Assembly (NCBI GenBank): GCA_963835775.1
Contig: CAWIHB010000012.1
Location: forward strand, 13,702-77,701
From: an uncultured Actinomycetes bacterium
Lineage (GTDB): Bacteria > Actinomycetota > Actinomycetes > Streptosporangiales > Streptosporangiaceae
Direction of reading: 5' to 3'
Length of the DNA stretch: 64,000 nt
Shown: one piece after another, positions 55,613 to 64,000 of the stretch
How positions within the stretch are numbered: position 1 is the stretch's first letter
Layout: every line of letters begins with the position of its first letter
Notes under the pieces: model-generated
What the model saw: the letters and a program-made list of their open reading frames with translations, nothing else
Database searches by the model: none
Told to the model about the DNA's origin: nothing
Position numbers and translations under genes: made by a program

Positions 55613-56263
55613 ATGGCCGAGCACCGACAGGAATTCGAGCGTGATCTGGAGGCCATCGAGGCCCGGATCATCGAACTGTTTGCCGTGGTGGCCGAGGACC
55701 TGCCCGAGGCGACCAAGGCCCTGCTGACCGGCAACAGCGAGATCATGCAGCGGCTCATCGACCGGGACAAGGTCATCAACGCCCTGTACCCGGAGACCGA
55801 GGAGTTGGCCAACCGGGAGATCCTGCTGCAGGCGCCCGTCGCTGACGACCTGCGGTTCCTGCTGTCCGTGCTGCGCGTGCTGACTGAGTTCGAGCTGTCC
55901 CACAACCTGGTCATCCAGATCGCCTCCCGGGGGAACCACTTCCTGTCTGACGACCTGTCGCCGCGGGCCCGGGGGCTCGTCGAGCGGATGGGGACCGTCG
56001 CGGCCGACATGTGGCGCCAGGCCGCGGACTGCTGGTACCAGCGGGACCGGTCAGCGGCGCTGGCGCTGGCCGAACGCGATGACGAGATGGATCAGCTCTA
56101 CTCCAGCCTGATCGGCGAGCTGGCCTCGGGACAGATGGCGCTGCCGGTGACGATGGAGATGACGCTGGTGGCACGCTTCTACGAGCGGCTGAGCGACCAC
56201 GCGGTCACCATCGCCCGCCGGGTGGTGTACCTGGCCGGGTCCGCGCCCGGCCAGGCCAGCTAG
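55613..56263 (+). CDS. phoU: phosphate signalling complex protein PhoU
   Basis: 216 aa, two PhoU repeats; ...ERDDEMDQLYSSL...ARFYERLSDHAVTIARRV. Confidence 0.9.
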   Translation: MAEHRQEFERDLEAIEARIIELFAVVAEDLPEATKALLTGNSEIMQRLIDRDKVINALYPETEELANREILLQAPVADDLRFLLSVLRVLTEFELSHNLVIQIASRGNHFLSDDLSPRARGLVERMGTVAADMWRQAADCWYQRDRSAALALAERDDEMDQLYSSLIGELASGQMALPVTMEMTLVARFYERLSDHAVTIARRVVYLAGSAPGQAS

Positions 56264-56285
56264 CCCGTGCCTGTAATCCGGCGGA

Positions 56286-57203
56286 TCAGCCCATCCGGCC
56301 GGTGACGTAGGCCTGGGTGCGCTCGTCCTGCGGGTCGCCGAACAGGCGATCGGTCGGGGCGTATTCGACGAGCGTGCCGGTACGGGTGTCACTCTCGGGG
56401 TTGACCAGCACGGAGAAGAACGCGGTGCGGTCACTGACCCGGGTGGCCTGCTGCATGTTGTGAGTCACGATGACGATCGTGTACTTGGACTTGATCTCCT
56501 TCATCAGGTCCTCGATGGCGCCGGTGGCGATCGGGTCGAGCGCGGAGGCTGGCTCGTCCATGAGCACCACATCCGGCTCCACCGCCAGCGTCCGGGCGAT
56601 GCACAGCCGCTGAGCCTGCCCGCCGGACAGGCTCAGGCCCGAAGTGCCCAGGCGGTTCTTCACCTCGTCCCACAGCGCGGCCTGGCGCAGCGAGCGCTCG
56701 ACGATTTCGTTCAGCTTCTTCTTGTTGCGCTCGCCGTTGATGCGCGGCCCGTAGGCCACGTTGTCGTAGATCGACTTGGGGAACGGGTTCGGCTTCTGAA
56801 AGACCATGCCGATGCGGCGGCGCACGGCGATCGGGGAGACATCCTTGCCGTACAGCTTCTCTCCCCGGTAGCGCACCTCGCCCTCGATATGGGCGCCCAC
56901 GATGAGGTCGTTCATCCGGTTCAGGGTGCGCAGCACGGTGGTCTTGCCACAGCCGGACGGGCCGATGAACGCGGTGATCTGGTGTTCGTAGATGGTCAGT
57001 GAGACATTCGTGACGGCCCGGAACGAGCCGTAGTAGATCGAGACGTCTTTCATCTCGAAGATGGGTGCACCCGCCTCCGCCGACAGAGCCGCCTCCCCGG
57101 CGCCCCGGAGACCTGCGAGGTCGGGCAGTCGCACCTGCTGTTTGGTCGCCGACTCCGGTATTGACTGGAAGCCGGCGAGGGTGTCCTGCTCAGGGTTTTC
57201 CAT
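56286..57203 (-). CDS. pstB: phosphate ABC transporter ATP-binding protein PstB (about 45-aa N-terminal extension)
   Basis: [51 protein letters not shown]. Confidence 0.95.
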   Translation of the reverse strand: MENPEQDTLAGFQSIPESATKQQVRLPDLAGLRGAGEAALSAEAGAPIFEMKDVSIYYGSFRAVTNVSLTIYEHQITAFIGPSGCGKTTVLRTLNRMNDLIVGAHIEGEVRYRGEKLYGKDVSPIAVRRRIGMVFQKPNPFPKSIYDNVAYGPRINGERNKKKLNEIVERSLRQAALWDEVKNRLGTSGLSLSGGQAQRLCIARTLAVEPDVVLMDEPASALDPIATGAIEDLMKEIKSKYTIVIVTHNMQQATRVSDRTAFFSVLVNPESDTRTGTLVEYAPTDRLFGDPQDERTQAYVTGRMG

Positions 57204-57210
57204 GACCTTC

Positions 57211-58107
57211 CTACCGAGAGTACCGGGCGAATCGGGCGGTGACGAAGCGGGCCACGATCATGAGGATGAAGCAGATGGCGATCAGGGTCAGCGCCGCGCC
57301 CCAGCCGCGGGCCTCCGCGCCGGGATACGGCTGGTTCGCGTTGGCGAAGATCTGCGAGGGCAGCGCCGTGGTGGCGCCGCTGAACACGTTCGTGTTCGTC
57401 GAGAGCGCCGCGCCGATGCAGAAGAGCAGCGGCGCCGTCTCTCCCGCGGCCCGGGCGACGGCGAGCAGGGCGCCGCTGACGATCCCGCCGATCGCCGCGG
57501 GCAGTACCACGGTCACCGTCACGCGGGCCTTGGTGGCGCCGAGGGCGTAGCTGCCCTCGCGCAGCGAGTTCGGCACCAGCCGCAGCATCTCGTAGCTGGA
57601 ACGGATCACGATCGGCAGCATCAGGCAGGCCAGGGCGAAGGCGCCGGCCAGGCCGGACAAGCCGAAGTGCAGCACCCAGATCGTGAAGATGAACAGGCCC
57701 ATGATGATCGACGGCACGCCGGTCATCACGTCGCTGAAGAACGCGATGAGCGCCGCGAGCGGATTCTTGCCGCCGTACTCGTTGAGGTAGATGGCGCCCA
57801 GTACGCCGAGCGGCACGGCTATGACCGTGGCCAGCGCGGTGATCTCGATCGTGCCGAGCACCGCGGGCCCCATCCCGCCCACGCCCGCGGGCACGACGAT
57901 CCCCGGGATCGGCCCGCTGGTCAGGAAGGACCAGCTGATGACCGAGGCGCCCTTGGCGATCACGGTGACCAGGACGAACCCCAGCGGGATGAGCACGACC
58001 ACGAACGCGATCACCATCAGGGCGGTCACGATGCGGTTCTTGGTCCGCCGCCAGCCCTTCGCCTCTCGCAGGTCGGGTTGCTGCGGTTCAGCGGTGACAG
58101 CAGCCAT
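57211..58107 (-). CDS. pstA: phosphate ABC transporter permease PstA
   Basis: Internal ATG 58107 of ORF 57211..59142 (ATGA overlap with the pstC stop); ...[26 protein letters not shown]-loop. Confidence 0.9.
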   Translation of the reverse strand: MAAVTAEPQQPDLREAKGWRRTKNRIVTALMVIAFVVVLIPLGFVLVTVIAKGASVISWSFLTSGPIPGIVVPAGVGGMGPAVLGTIEITALATVIAVPLGVLGAIYLNEYGGKNPLAALIAFFSDVMTGVPSIIMGLFIFTIWVLHFGLSGLAGAFALACLMLPIVIRSSYEMLRLVPNSLREGSYALGATKARVTVTVVLPAAIGGIVSGALLAVARAAGETAPLLFCIGAALSTNTNVFSGATTALPSQIFANANQPYPGAEARGWGAALTLIAICFILMIVARFVTARFARYSR

Positions 58108-59105
58108 CAGGCACCACGCTTCCGCCGGGCGTTGCGTTCCACGATAAACCGGGCCAGCACGTTGATGATGATCGTGAAGACGAACAGCAGCACCCCGATC
58201 CCCATCAGCGCGGCGCGGAATGTGCCGGTGGCCTCGCCGAACTGGTTCGCGATGACCGCGGGCATGTTGTAGCCGGGGGCGAATAGGTGCGACGTGATCA
58301 CCGGCGACGAACCGATGACCAGCGCGACCGCGATCGTCTCGCCCATGGCCCGGCCCAGCCCGAGCAGCACGGCACCGACGACGCCGCCCTGGCTGTGCGG
58401 CCAGACGGCACCGGTGATCATCTCCCACCGGGTGGCGCCCAGCGCGTACGCGCCCTCCTTGTCGATAGCAGGCACGGTCGCGATGACCTCGCGCGACAGG
58501 GAGGTCACGATCGGAGTGATCATGAAGGCCAGGATGATGCCGGCGGTGAAGAACGAGGCCCCGCTCACCGGCTGCCCGAACAGCGGGCCGAGCACCGGGA
58601 CGCCATTGACGCCTCCGGCGATGTCGGTGTAGATGTGCTGGAGCCAGGGCGCGAAGACCAGGATCCCCCACAGGCCCCAGACCACCGACGGGACCACGGC
58701 CAGCAGGTCGACCACGTACACGATCGGCCGCGCCCACCGGGGCGGCACGACCTCGGTCAGCAGCAGGGCGATGCCCACGCTGACCGGGACGGCCATGATG
58801 AGCGCGATCGCCCCCGTGATGGCCGTGCCGTAAATGAAGGACAGGGCGCCGAGCTGGGTGTACTGGCCGGCGCTGTTGGGCGTGGGGTTCCAGTCTCTGG
58901 TGAAGATCTTGAGGCCCTCGGCGGAGAACCACGACGCGGCCTGCTGGCTGGTCGTGACCGCGATCAGGACCAGGATCACCAGCACCAGCAGGCCGCACCC
59001 GAGGGCGAGGATCGCGAAGCTGCGGTCGCCGAGCGGGCGCCGATGCTCCAAGGCGCGGGTGGATCCGGCCGGGCTGGCCGGATCCACCTGGGTAATGGTG
59101 CTCAC
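58107..59105 (-). CDS. pstC: phosphate ABC transporter permease PstC
   Basis: GTG 59105; ...DKEGAYALGATRWEMITGAVWPH...GETIAVALVIG. Confidence 0.9.
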   Translation of the reverse strand: MSTITQVDPASPAGSTRALEHRRPLGDRSFAILALGCGLLVLVILVLIAVTTSQQAASWFSAEGLKIFTRDWNPTPNSAGQYTQLGALSFIYGTAITGAIALIMAVPVSVGIALLLTEVVPPRWARPIVYVVDLLAVVPSVVWGLWGILVFAPWLQHIYTDIAGGVNGVPVLGPLFGQPVSGASFFTAGIILAFMITPIVTSLSREVIATVPAIDKEGAYALGATRWEMITGAVWPHSQGGVVGAVLLGLGRAMGETIAVALVIGSSPVITSHLFAPGYNMPAVIANQFGEATGTFRAALMGIGVLLFVFTIIINVLARFIVERNARRKRGA

Positions 59106-59149
59106 GATGGCGAGTCCATCTGATGTACCTGCGCCACGTCAACCCTTCG

Positions 59150-60247
59150 CTAGCTGGTGATCATGCTGAGCTGCGCCTGCGCCTGCGCCTGGAGGCTGCT
59201 CGGCAGCGGCGCATAGCCGAGGCCGCCGAGCAGTTGCTGGCCGGCCCCGATCAGGTAGCCGATGTAGGCCTTGAGCATGGCCGCGTCGTTCGCGTTCGGC
59301 TGCATCGCGTACACCAGAACCCACGACTGGTAGGTGATCGGGTAGGCCTGAGCGTTCGGGGAATCGACCGCGTGGAACGTGAGGTTCGACGCGATGGTGA
59401 TCCCGTTCCCGGCCGCCGATGCCGTCGTAGGCGAGGGGGCGACGTAGCTGCCGGAGGAGTTCTTGATCGAGGCGTAGGTCAGCCCGGAGGCCTTGGCGTC
59501 GGCGTAGTCCACGTAGCCGATCGCCCCGGAGGTGGACTTGATGATCTGCGCGACCCCGGGGTTGCCGTTGCCGGCCCGGGCGGTGGATGGCCACTTGATG
59601 GTCGAGCTGCTGCCGAGCGTCCACGCGCTCCCACCGGCGTCCTTCAGGTACAGGGAGAAGTTCTGCGTCGTGCCCGACGAGTCCGAGCGGACGGCGGTGG
59701 TGATCGGGGTGCTGGGCAGGCTAGTACCTGAGTTGAGCGCCGCGATCGCCGGGTCGTTCCACTTGGTGATCTTCCCGGAGAAGATCTCCGCGAGGACCGT
59801 CGCATCCAGCTTCAGGTTGCTGACGCCGGACAGGTTGTACGAGATCGTGATCGGGCCGAGGAAGACGGGGAAGTACAGCACCGTCTTGCCGTGGAAGTTC
59901 GCCACCTCGGCGGCTGGGATCGGCGCGGTGTCCGAACCCCCGAAGTTGGTGACCCCCGAGGCCAGGTCGGTGCGGCCCTTGCCCGAGCCGCCGCTGCCGT
60001 AGTTGACCGTCATATTCGGCTGGACCGCCTTGAAGGCCTGGATGGCCGACTGCTGGTAGACAGTCTGGAACGTCGATCCGCTCCCGTTGAGCGTGCCGCT
60101 GAGGGGGGCGCTGCTGGCGGAGGCAGAGGCAGTGCTGCTGCTGCTCGACGACGTGCTCGTGCTGCTCAACGACGAGCATGCGGCCAGGCCTATGGCAATG
60201 ACAGCAAGCCCCGCGGTCGTCACCTGCCGTCTACGTCGAAGGTGCAT
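59150..60247 (-). CDS. pstS: phosphate-binding lipoprotein PstS (paralogue 2, head of pstSCAB)
   Basis: Lipobox GLAAC, Ser-rich linker, GSGSTFQ...SGGSGKGRTDLASGVTNFGGSD...AVRSDSSGTTQNF. Confidence 0.9.
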   Translation of the reverse strand: MHLRRRRQVTTAGLAVIAIGLAACSSLSSTSTSSSSSSTASASASSAPLSGTLNGSGSTFQTVYQQSAIQAFKAVQPNMTVNYGSGGSGKGRTDLASGVTNFGGSDTAPIPAAEVANFHGKTVLYFPVFLGPITISYNLSGVSNLKLDATVLAEIFSGKITKWNDPAIAALNSGTSLPSTPITTAVRSDSSGTTQNFSLYLKDAGGSAWTLGSSSTIKWPSTARAGNGNPGVAQIIKSTSGAIGYVDYADAKASGLTYASIKNSSGSYVAPSPTTASAAGNGITIASNLTFHAVDSPNAQAYPITYQSWVLVYAMQPNANDAAMLKAYIGYLIGAGQQLLGGLGYAPLPSSLQAQAQAQLSMITS

Positions 60248-60471
60248 TACGGGTACTCCTTACAGAGGTCTATCGGGTTTCGGCCGCAAACGAGCAGCCC
60301 GGTCATGCTGCAAACCGTGGTGTGCCAGTACAGTTTGTCGGCGTCGCTGGAACTCGCGGGGAAATGCGAAGTGGATTAAAGGAGGCTAGAAGGTTAAGTT
60401 CTGGTGTCTTAGCCTCTGGCACCGTTCCCCGCTGGGCTGTGCTGACCGGCTGGCCGGGCCAAGTGTGCTCT

Positions 60472-60587
60472 GTTCCTGGTCGGTTCCTGGTCGCCCCGGG
60501 TGAGTGCCGCCGCCGGCGGCATTCACCTACATGACACCAACTGGCCGTCTGGCCGTTACTTCCAGATTCAATTCCTGTTCATTTATG
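60472..60587. promoter_or_regulatory. cluster of 11-nt PHO-box-like direct repeat units
   Basis: gttcctggtcg x2 (60472-60493), attcacctaca (60521-60531), attcaattcct + gttcatttatg (60566-60587), compared with the Streptomyces DRu consensus G(G/T)TCAYYYR(G/C)G; located in the divergent pstS/pstS intergenic region. Confidence 0.5.
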
Positions 60588-60648
60588 TATGGTGAAACTC
60601 AATGGGCGTGAGCAGGCGGAGCTCGTAACCTTCCGGCGAGAGAAGGGC

Positions 60649-61803
60649 ATGTTTTCGTTGGATGCCGAACAGGCGCGACCTGTTCCCGGCAGCCGTCCGG
60701 GACGGGGCACGCTGGCCGTGATCGCGCTGACCTCCGTGGTCGCCGTCGCCCTGGTGGCCTGCAGCGGCAGCGGCTCCGGCACCTCGGCGTCCACTGGTCC
60801 GGCGGCGGTGCAGTCGTTGCCCGCGTCCGGGTCGCAGATCCTGTCGGAGACCGGTAGCTCGCTGATGGCGCCGCTGTTCCCCCTGTGGGGAGCGGCATAT
60901 CACTCGCGGTTCTCGCAGGTGACCCTCAGGTCCGCAAGCTCCTCGTCGGGCGTGGGCATCTCGTCCGCGGCAGCCGGGACGACCGACATCGGCACGTCCG
61001 ACGCGTACCTGTCGCCGGCCGATATGACCAAAGATCCGGCCTTGGTCAACATCCCGCTGGCGGTCGCCGCGCTCATGGTCGTCTACAACATCCCGGGAGT
61101 CAGCCCGTCGGCGCACCTCAGGCTCGACGGCCAGGTGCTGGCGCGGATCTTCGCCGGAAAGATCATCGCATGGAATGACCCGGCGATCGCGTCCGTCAAC
61201 CCCGGCGTCAAGCTGCCGGGCGCCAAGATCGTTCTCGTGCACCGGGCCGACAGCTCGGGCAGCACGTTCTTGTTCACCTCGTACCTCAACGGCCAGGACC
61301 CCGCGGACTGGAGCTCCTCGCTCATCGGCACCACGGTCGCGTGGCCCAGCCAGCCGGGTGAGATCGGCGCGTCGGGTAGCGCCGCCATCGTCAGTAGCGT
61401 CAAGTCCGCCCCCGATTCGGTGAGCTACATCGGCGTCAGTTACCTGTCGGAGGTTACCGCGGCCGGCGAGGGCGAGGCCGAGCTCGGCAATTACTCGGGT
61501 CACTACGTACTGCCGACCGCGACCACCATCCAGGCGGCCCTGGCCAGCTTCACCAACACGCCGGCGAACGAGGTCATCTCGCTGATCAACGGCCCGGGGA
61601 CGCAGGCCTACCCGATCATCAACTATGAGTACGCCATCGTGAACACCTCGCAGTCCAGCGCCACCAAGGCGCGGGACCTGCAGGCGTTCCTTGACTGGGC
61701 GATCACGAGCGGAACTCCCGAGCTGGCGCAGGTGAACTTCCAGCCGCTGCCCGCCTCGCTCGTCAGCCTCTCCCGAGCGCAGATCGCCGAGATCAGGGGC
61801 TGA
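60649..61803 (+). CDS. PstS-family phosphate-binding lipoprotein (paralogue 3)
   Basis: gagaaggg RBS + ATG 60649; lipobox LVAC; ETGSSLMAPLF...SSSGVGISSAAAGTTDIGTSD...VHRADSSGSTFLF. Confidence 0.8.
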   Translation: MFSLDAEQARPVPGSRPGRGTLAVIALTSVVAVALVACSGSGSGTSASTGPAAVQSLPASGSQILSETGSSLMAPLFPLWGAAYHSRFSQVTLRSASSSSGVGISSAAAGTTDIGTSDAYLSPADMTKDPALVNIPLAVAALMVVYNIPGVSPSAHLRLDGQVLARIFAGKIIAWNDPAIASVNPGVKLPGAKIVLVHRADSSGSTFLFTSYLNGQDPADWSSSLIGTTVAWPSQPGEIGASGSAAIVSSVKSAPDSVSYIGVSYLSEVTAAGEGEAELGNYSGHYVLPTATTIQAALASFTNTPANEVISLINGPGTQAYPIINYEYAIVNTSQSSATKARDLQAFLDWAITSGTPELAQVNFQPLPASLVSLSRAQIAEIRG

Positions 61804-61838
61804 CACATGACCGCGTCCCTAGCGACCCTGACCCGGCG

Positions 61839-63071
61839 GTGTGCCGAATGACTGCTGGCGCCATCGGACGTGACCGTCCGATCCCCGAACAGCCCGCCCT
61901 GCCGCTCTCTGAGGCGCCGCGGCAGCGTGCTGAAGCCACTCCGGAAGGAAGGAAGGCCCTGACCGGATCGGCCGGGGTACTGGCCGACCGGATGGCGGCC
62001 GCGCTGGTCCACCGCGAACCTGGCTGGCGGCTGCCCCGGCGCAGTGCCCTGGCCCGCCGCTACAACGTCAGCCTGACCGAGATCGACGCCGCCATCACCG
62101 ACCTGGCCAACCGGTCGCTGGTCCGGCGGCTGCCCGACGGGCAGCTGTACCGGGCCAGCCCGGCTGACTACTGGATCCCGGTGGAGGGCGCGAGCGGTCT
62201 GGGCACCCGCCTGGACCCGATGGGCAGCGCGATCACCTGCCAGACCAGGCACGTGTCGCGGCGTGCGGCCCCGCAGGACGTGGCCTGGGCCCTCGGCCTG
62301 GCCGCCGGCGCGCCGATCCGCGTGATCCGCTGCGTGTGGGTCATTTCCGGCGAGCCCGCCGCGGTGTCCACCGCCTATCTGCACGAGCCGCCCGCCAGTG
62401 CAGACGAGGGTGCAGACGAGGGCGCGGACGAGGGCGCCGGTGAAGCAGGCGGGCCAGAAGCCGGCCAGCCGTTCTCCTCGCTCGGGTCGATGCTGAACGG
62501 GGTGCCGGCCACCGCGGCGAGCGTGGAGATGAGCCCGCCGCAGCCCGCGATCGCGCGGAGCCTGCGGCTGACGCCCGGGCAGCCGGTCATCACGGTGACG
62601 GTCAGGTTCGACGACTCCGACACCGGCACGTCGGCCGGGCTGACCGTGGTCATGCTGAAACCAGAGTTGTTCAGGGTCGCGATTGACACGGCTGGGGCAC
62701 CGGTCCGCACGCCGTTACGACTCGTAAGAGTGCTGAAAGCCCTGCTTCCTGGACACGTGTCTATCCCACCTGCGAACCTGAAGCAAGATGCCGGCCAGGG
62801 TCGCGACAGGGGCGGACCAGATGCCACGGCAGGCCCGATACATCGTCCCCAGGGGCCTTCCGCGCCGTGGCGAGTTCCTGGCTGCGTGCCTGGTGCTCGC
62901 GGTCGTGGCGCACGTCCTGTTCGCTCAGCTGACGATCATCGTGGCCGCGGTGTTCGTGCTGGTCACCAGGATGACCAGATGGCGCCTGTCCTGGCTCGCG
63001 GCTCCGGCCGTCATAGGCCTGGCCTGGACGGCGGCGGTGGGCCCGCGGGCGGCCGCGGCGGGCTTCGCTGA
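61839..63071 (+). CDS. GntR (HutC/UTRA-type) transcriptional regulator; 3' end uncertain (ORF runs about 250 nt into the next gene)
   Basis: LPRRSALARRYNVSLTEIDAAITDLANRSLVRRLPDGQLY wHTH, then a UTRA-like region with a 12-nt x3 repeat (ADEG x3). Beyond about 62720 the translation becomes Arg/Gly-rich. Confidence 0.6.
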   Translation: MCRMTAGAIGRDRPIPEQPALPLSEAPRQRAEATPEGRKALTGSAGVLADRMAAALVHREPGWRLPRRSALARRYNVSLTEIDAAITDLANRSLVRRLPDGQLYRASPADYWIPVEGASGLGTRLDPMGSAITCQTRHVSRRAAPQDVAWALGLAAGAPIRVIRCVWVISGEPAAVSTAYLHEPPASADEGADEGADEGAGEAGGPEAGQPFSSLGSMLNGVPATAASVEMSPPQPAIARSLRLTPGQPVITVTVRFDDSDTGTSAGLTVVMLKPELFRVAIDTAGAPVRTPLRLVRVLKALLPGHVSIPPANLKQDAGQGRDRGGPDATAGPIHRPQGPSAPWRVPGCVPGARGRGARPVRSADDHRGRGVRAGHQDDQMAPVLARGSGRHRPGLDGGGGPAGGRGGLR

Positions 63072-64000
63072 CGGCCCGGCCCATGTGCTGCGCTACCTCG
63101 GGGTCAGCGGGCACCAGGCGGCCCACGTGCTGCACTTCACCGCCGCGTTCACCGGCATCGGCTTCTGGCTGCCCCGGCAGCTGCCGCTGGCCATCCTCAC
63201 CGGCACCGCCGAGGCGGCCATCATCGGCTGGCTGAGCTGGCTGCACACCGACGAACAGAGCCTGCCGCCGTCCCGTCCCGGCCTGGTGGCGGCGGCCAGG
63301 CGCGCCGCGATCAAGCGGGCCATCCGGGCCGGCGGCGTGGTGACCAGGGACGGCGGCTGCCTGGGCATCGCCGAGGGATCGGGCGCCCGGGTCGCGGTGT
63401 CCTGGCCGGAGACGGCGGGCGGAGTCGCGGTGTGCGGCTCGGCCGGCCCCGACGTGCTGACCGCCGGATTCCAGCTGGTCCATGCGGCCATCAGGCGGCG
63501 CAAGCCGGTGCTCGCGGTGGACCTGACCGCCGATCCGGGCCTGCCTGCCCGGCTGGCCGCGATCTGCGCCGCGGCGGGCGCGCCGCTGCAGGTGTTCGGG
63601 GATGGCGCCTGCTACGAGCCGTTCAGGAACGGCGACCCGGCCCAGCGGGCCGCGCTGATCATGGCCATGGTCAGCTGGGACGGTCCGGGCAGCCAGTACC
63701 GCCGCAGCTGCCTGGCCTACCTGCAGGACGTGTTCGAGCTGATTGACGCCGCGCCGGGTGACCCCCGGGTCCCGGTGCTCGACGAAGTCATCCACCTGCT
63801 CAACCCGACCGCGATGAAGGCGCGCATGGAGCATGTGCCGGCCGCCCATCCGCGCCGCGCGGCGCTGGCCGAACGCACCCGGGTTTCTGTCACCCTGCTG
63901 CACGCCGAGCCCGCCACCACGGCCCAGCTCAGCCGGCAGCTGCGCGAGCTGCGCGGTTCGGCCTTCGGCCGCTGGCTGCGCCCGGCGGCCCGCGACCCGG
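62821..64000 (+). CDS. membrane protein with a large cytoplasmic domain, possible TraD/VirD4-like fold with degenerate P-loop (partial, continues right of the window)
   Basis: Own translation from ATG 62821 (no stop in window): MPRQARYIVPRGLPRRGEFLAACLVLAVVAHVLFAQLTIIVAAVFVLV... 4 TM, then ...VAVCGSAGPDVLTAGFQLVHAAIRRRKPVLAVDLTADPG...; high GC3. The functional call is weak. Confidence 0.6.
   Translation, partial: MPRQARYIVPRGLPRRGEFLAACLVLAVVAHVLFAQLTIIVAAVFVLVTRMTRWRLSWLAAPAVIGLAWTAAVGPRAAAAGFADGPAHVLRYLGVSGHQAAHVLHFTAAFTGIGFWLPRQLPLAILTGTAEAAIIGWLSWLHTDEQSLPPSRPGLVAAARRAAIKRAIRAGGVVTRDGGCLGIAEGSGARVAVSWPETAGGVAVCGSAGPDVLTAGFQLVHAAIRRRKPVLAVDLTADPGLPARLAAICAAAGAPLQVFGDGACYEPFRNGDPAQRAALIMAMVSWDGPGSQYRRSCLAYLQDVFELIDAAPGDPRVPVLDEVIHLLNPTAMKARMEHVPAAHPRRAALAERTRVSVTLLHAEPATTAQLSRQLRELRGSAFGRWLRPAARDP

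Overview
Very GC-rich actinomycete chromosomal DNA; codon position 3 is almost always G/C, and long Arg/Pro/Gly-rich shadow ORFs run antisense to real genes. The window has two parts. Roughly 1-40,500 is accessory-type DNA. It carries many small regulators (AraC, MarR, TetR x3, ArsR, sigma factors), detoxification and redox enzymes, a YefM/YoeB toxin-antitoxin pair, and at least 25 gene remnants. The remnants include five ABC-ATPase fragments broken at or next to the Walker-A codons, plus ISAs1, IS110 and TrwC-relaxase debris. Roughly 40,500-64,000 is conserved actinobacterial core: ppx/gppA, a DivIVA-domain gene, mshD, glnR, a moaD-like gene, an ECF sigma/anti-sigma pair, a thioredoxin-like gene, leader peptide-DUF4395-rhodanese-DUF1416, mazEF, a small ars island, and pstSCAB/phoU with three pstS paralogues. 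The most unusual items are listed here. (1) A translationally coupled pair, a minimal nucleotidyltransferase-like protein and a stand-alone GyrA N-terminal-domain paralogue, sits inside a 3.7-kb segment bracketed by direct repeats of an ABC-gene 5' fragment. (2) A recurring junction sequence lies immediately after the Walker-A codons of ABC fragments. (3) Short tandem duplications (14-18 bp) sit on gene boundaries, spanning stop codons or running into start codons. No rRNA, tRNA or CRISPR array was recognised. All homology calls are motif recognition by eye, with no searches run.
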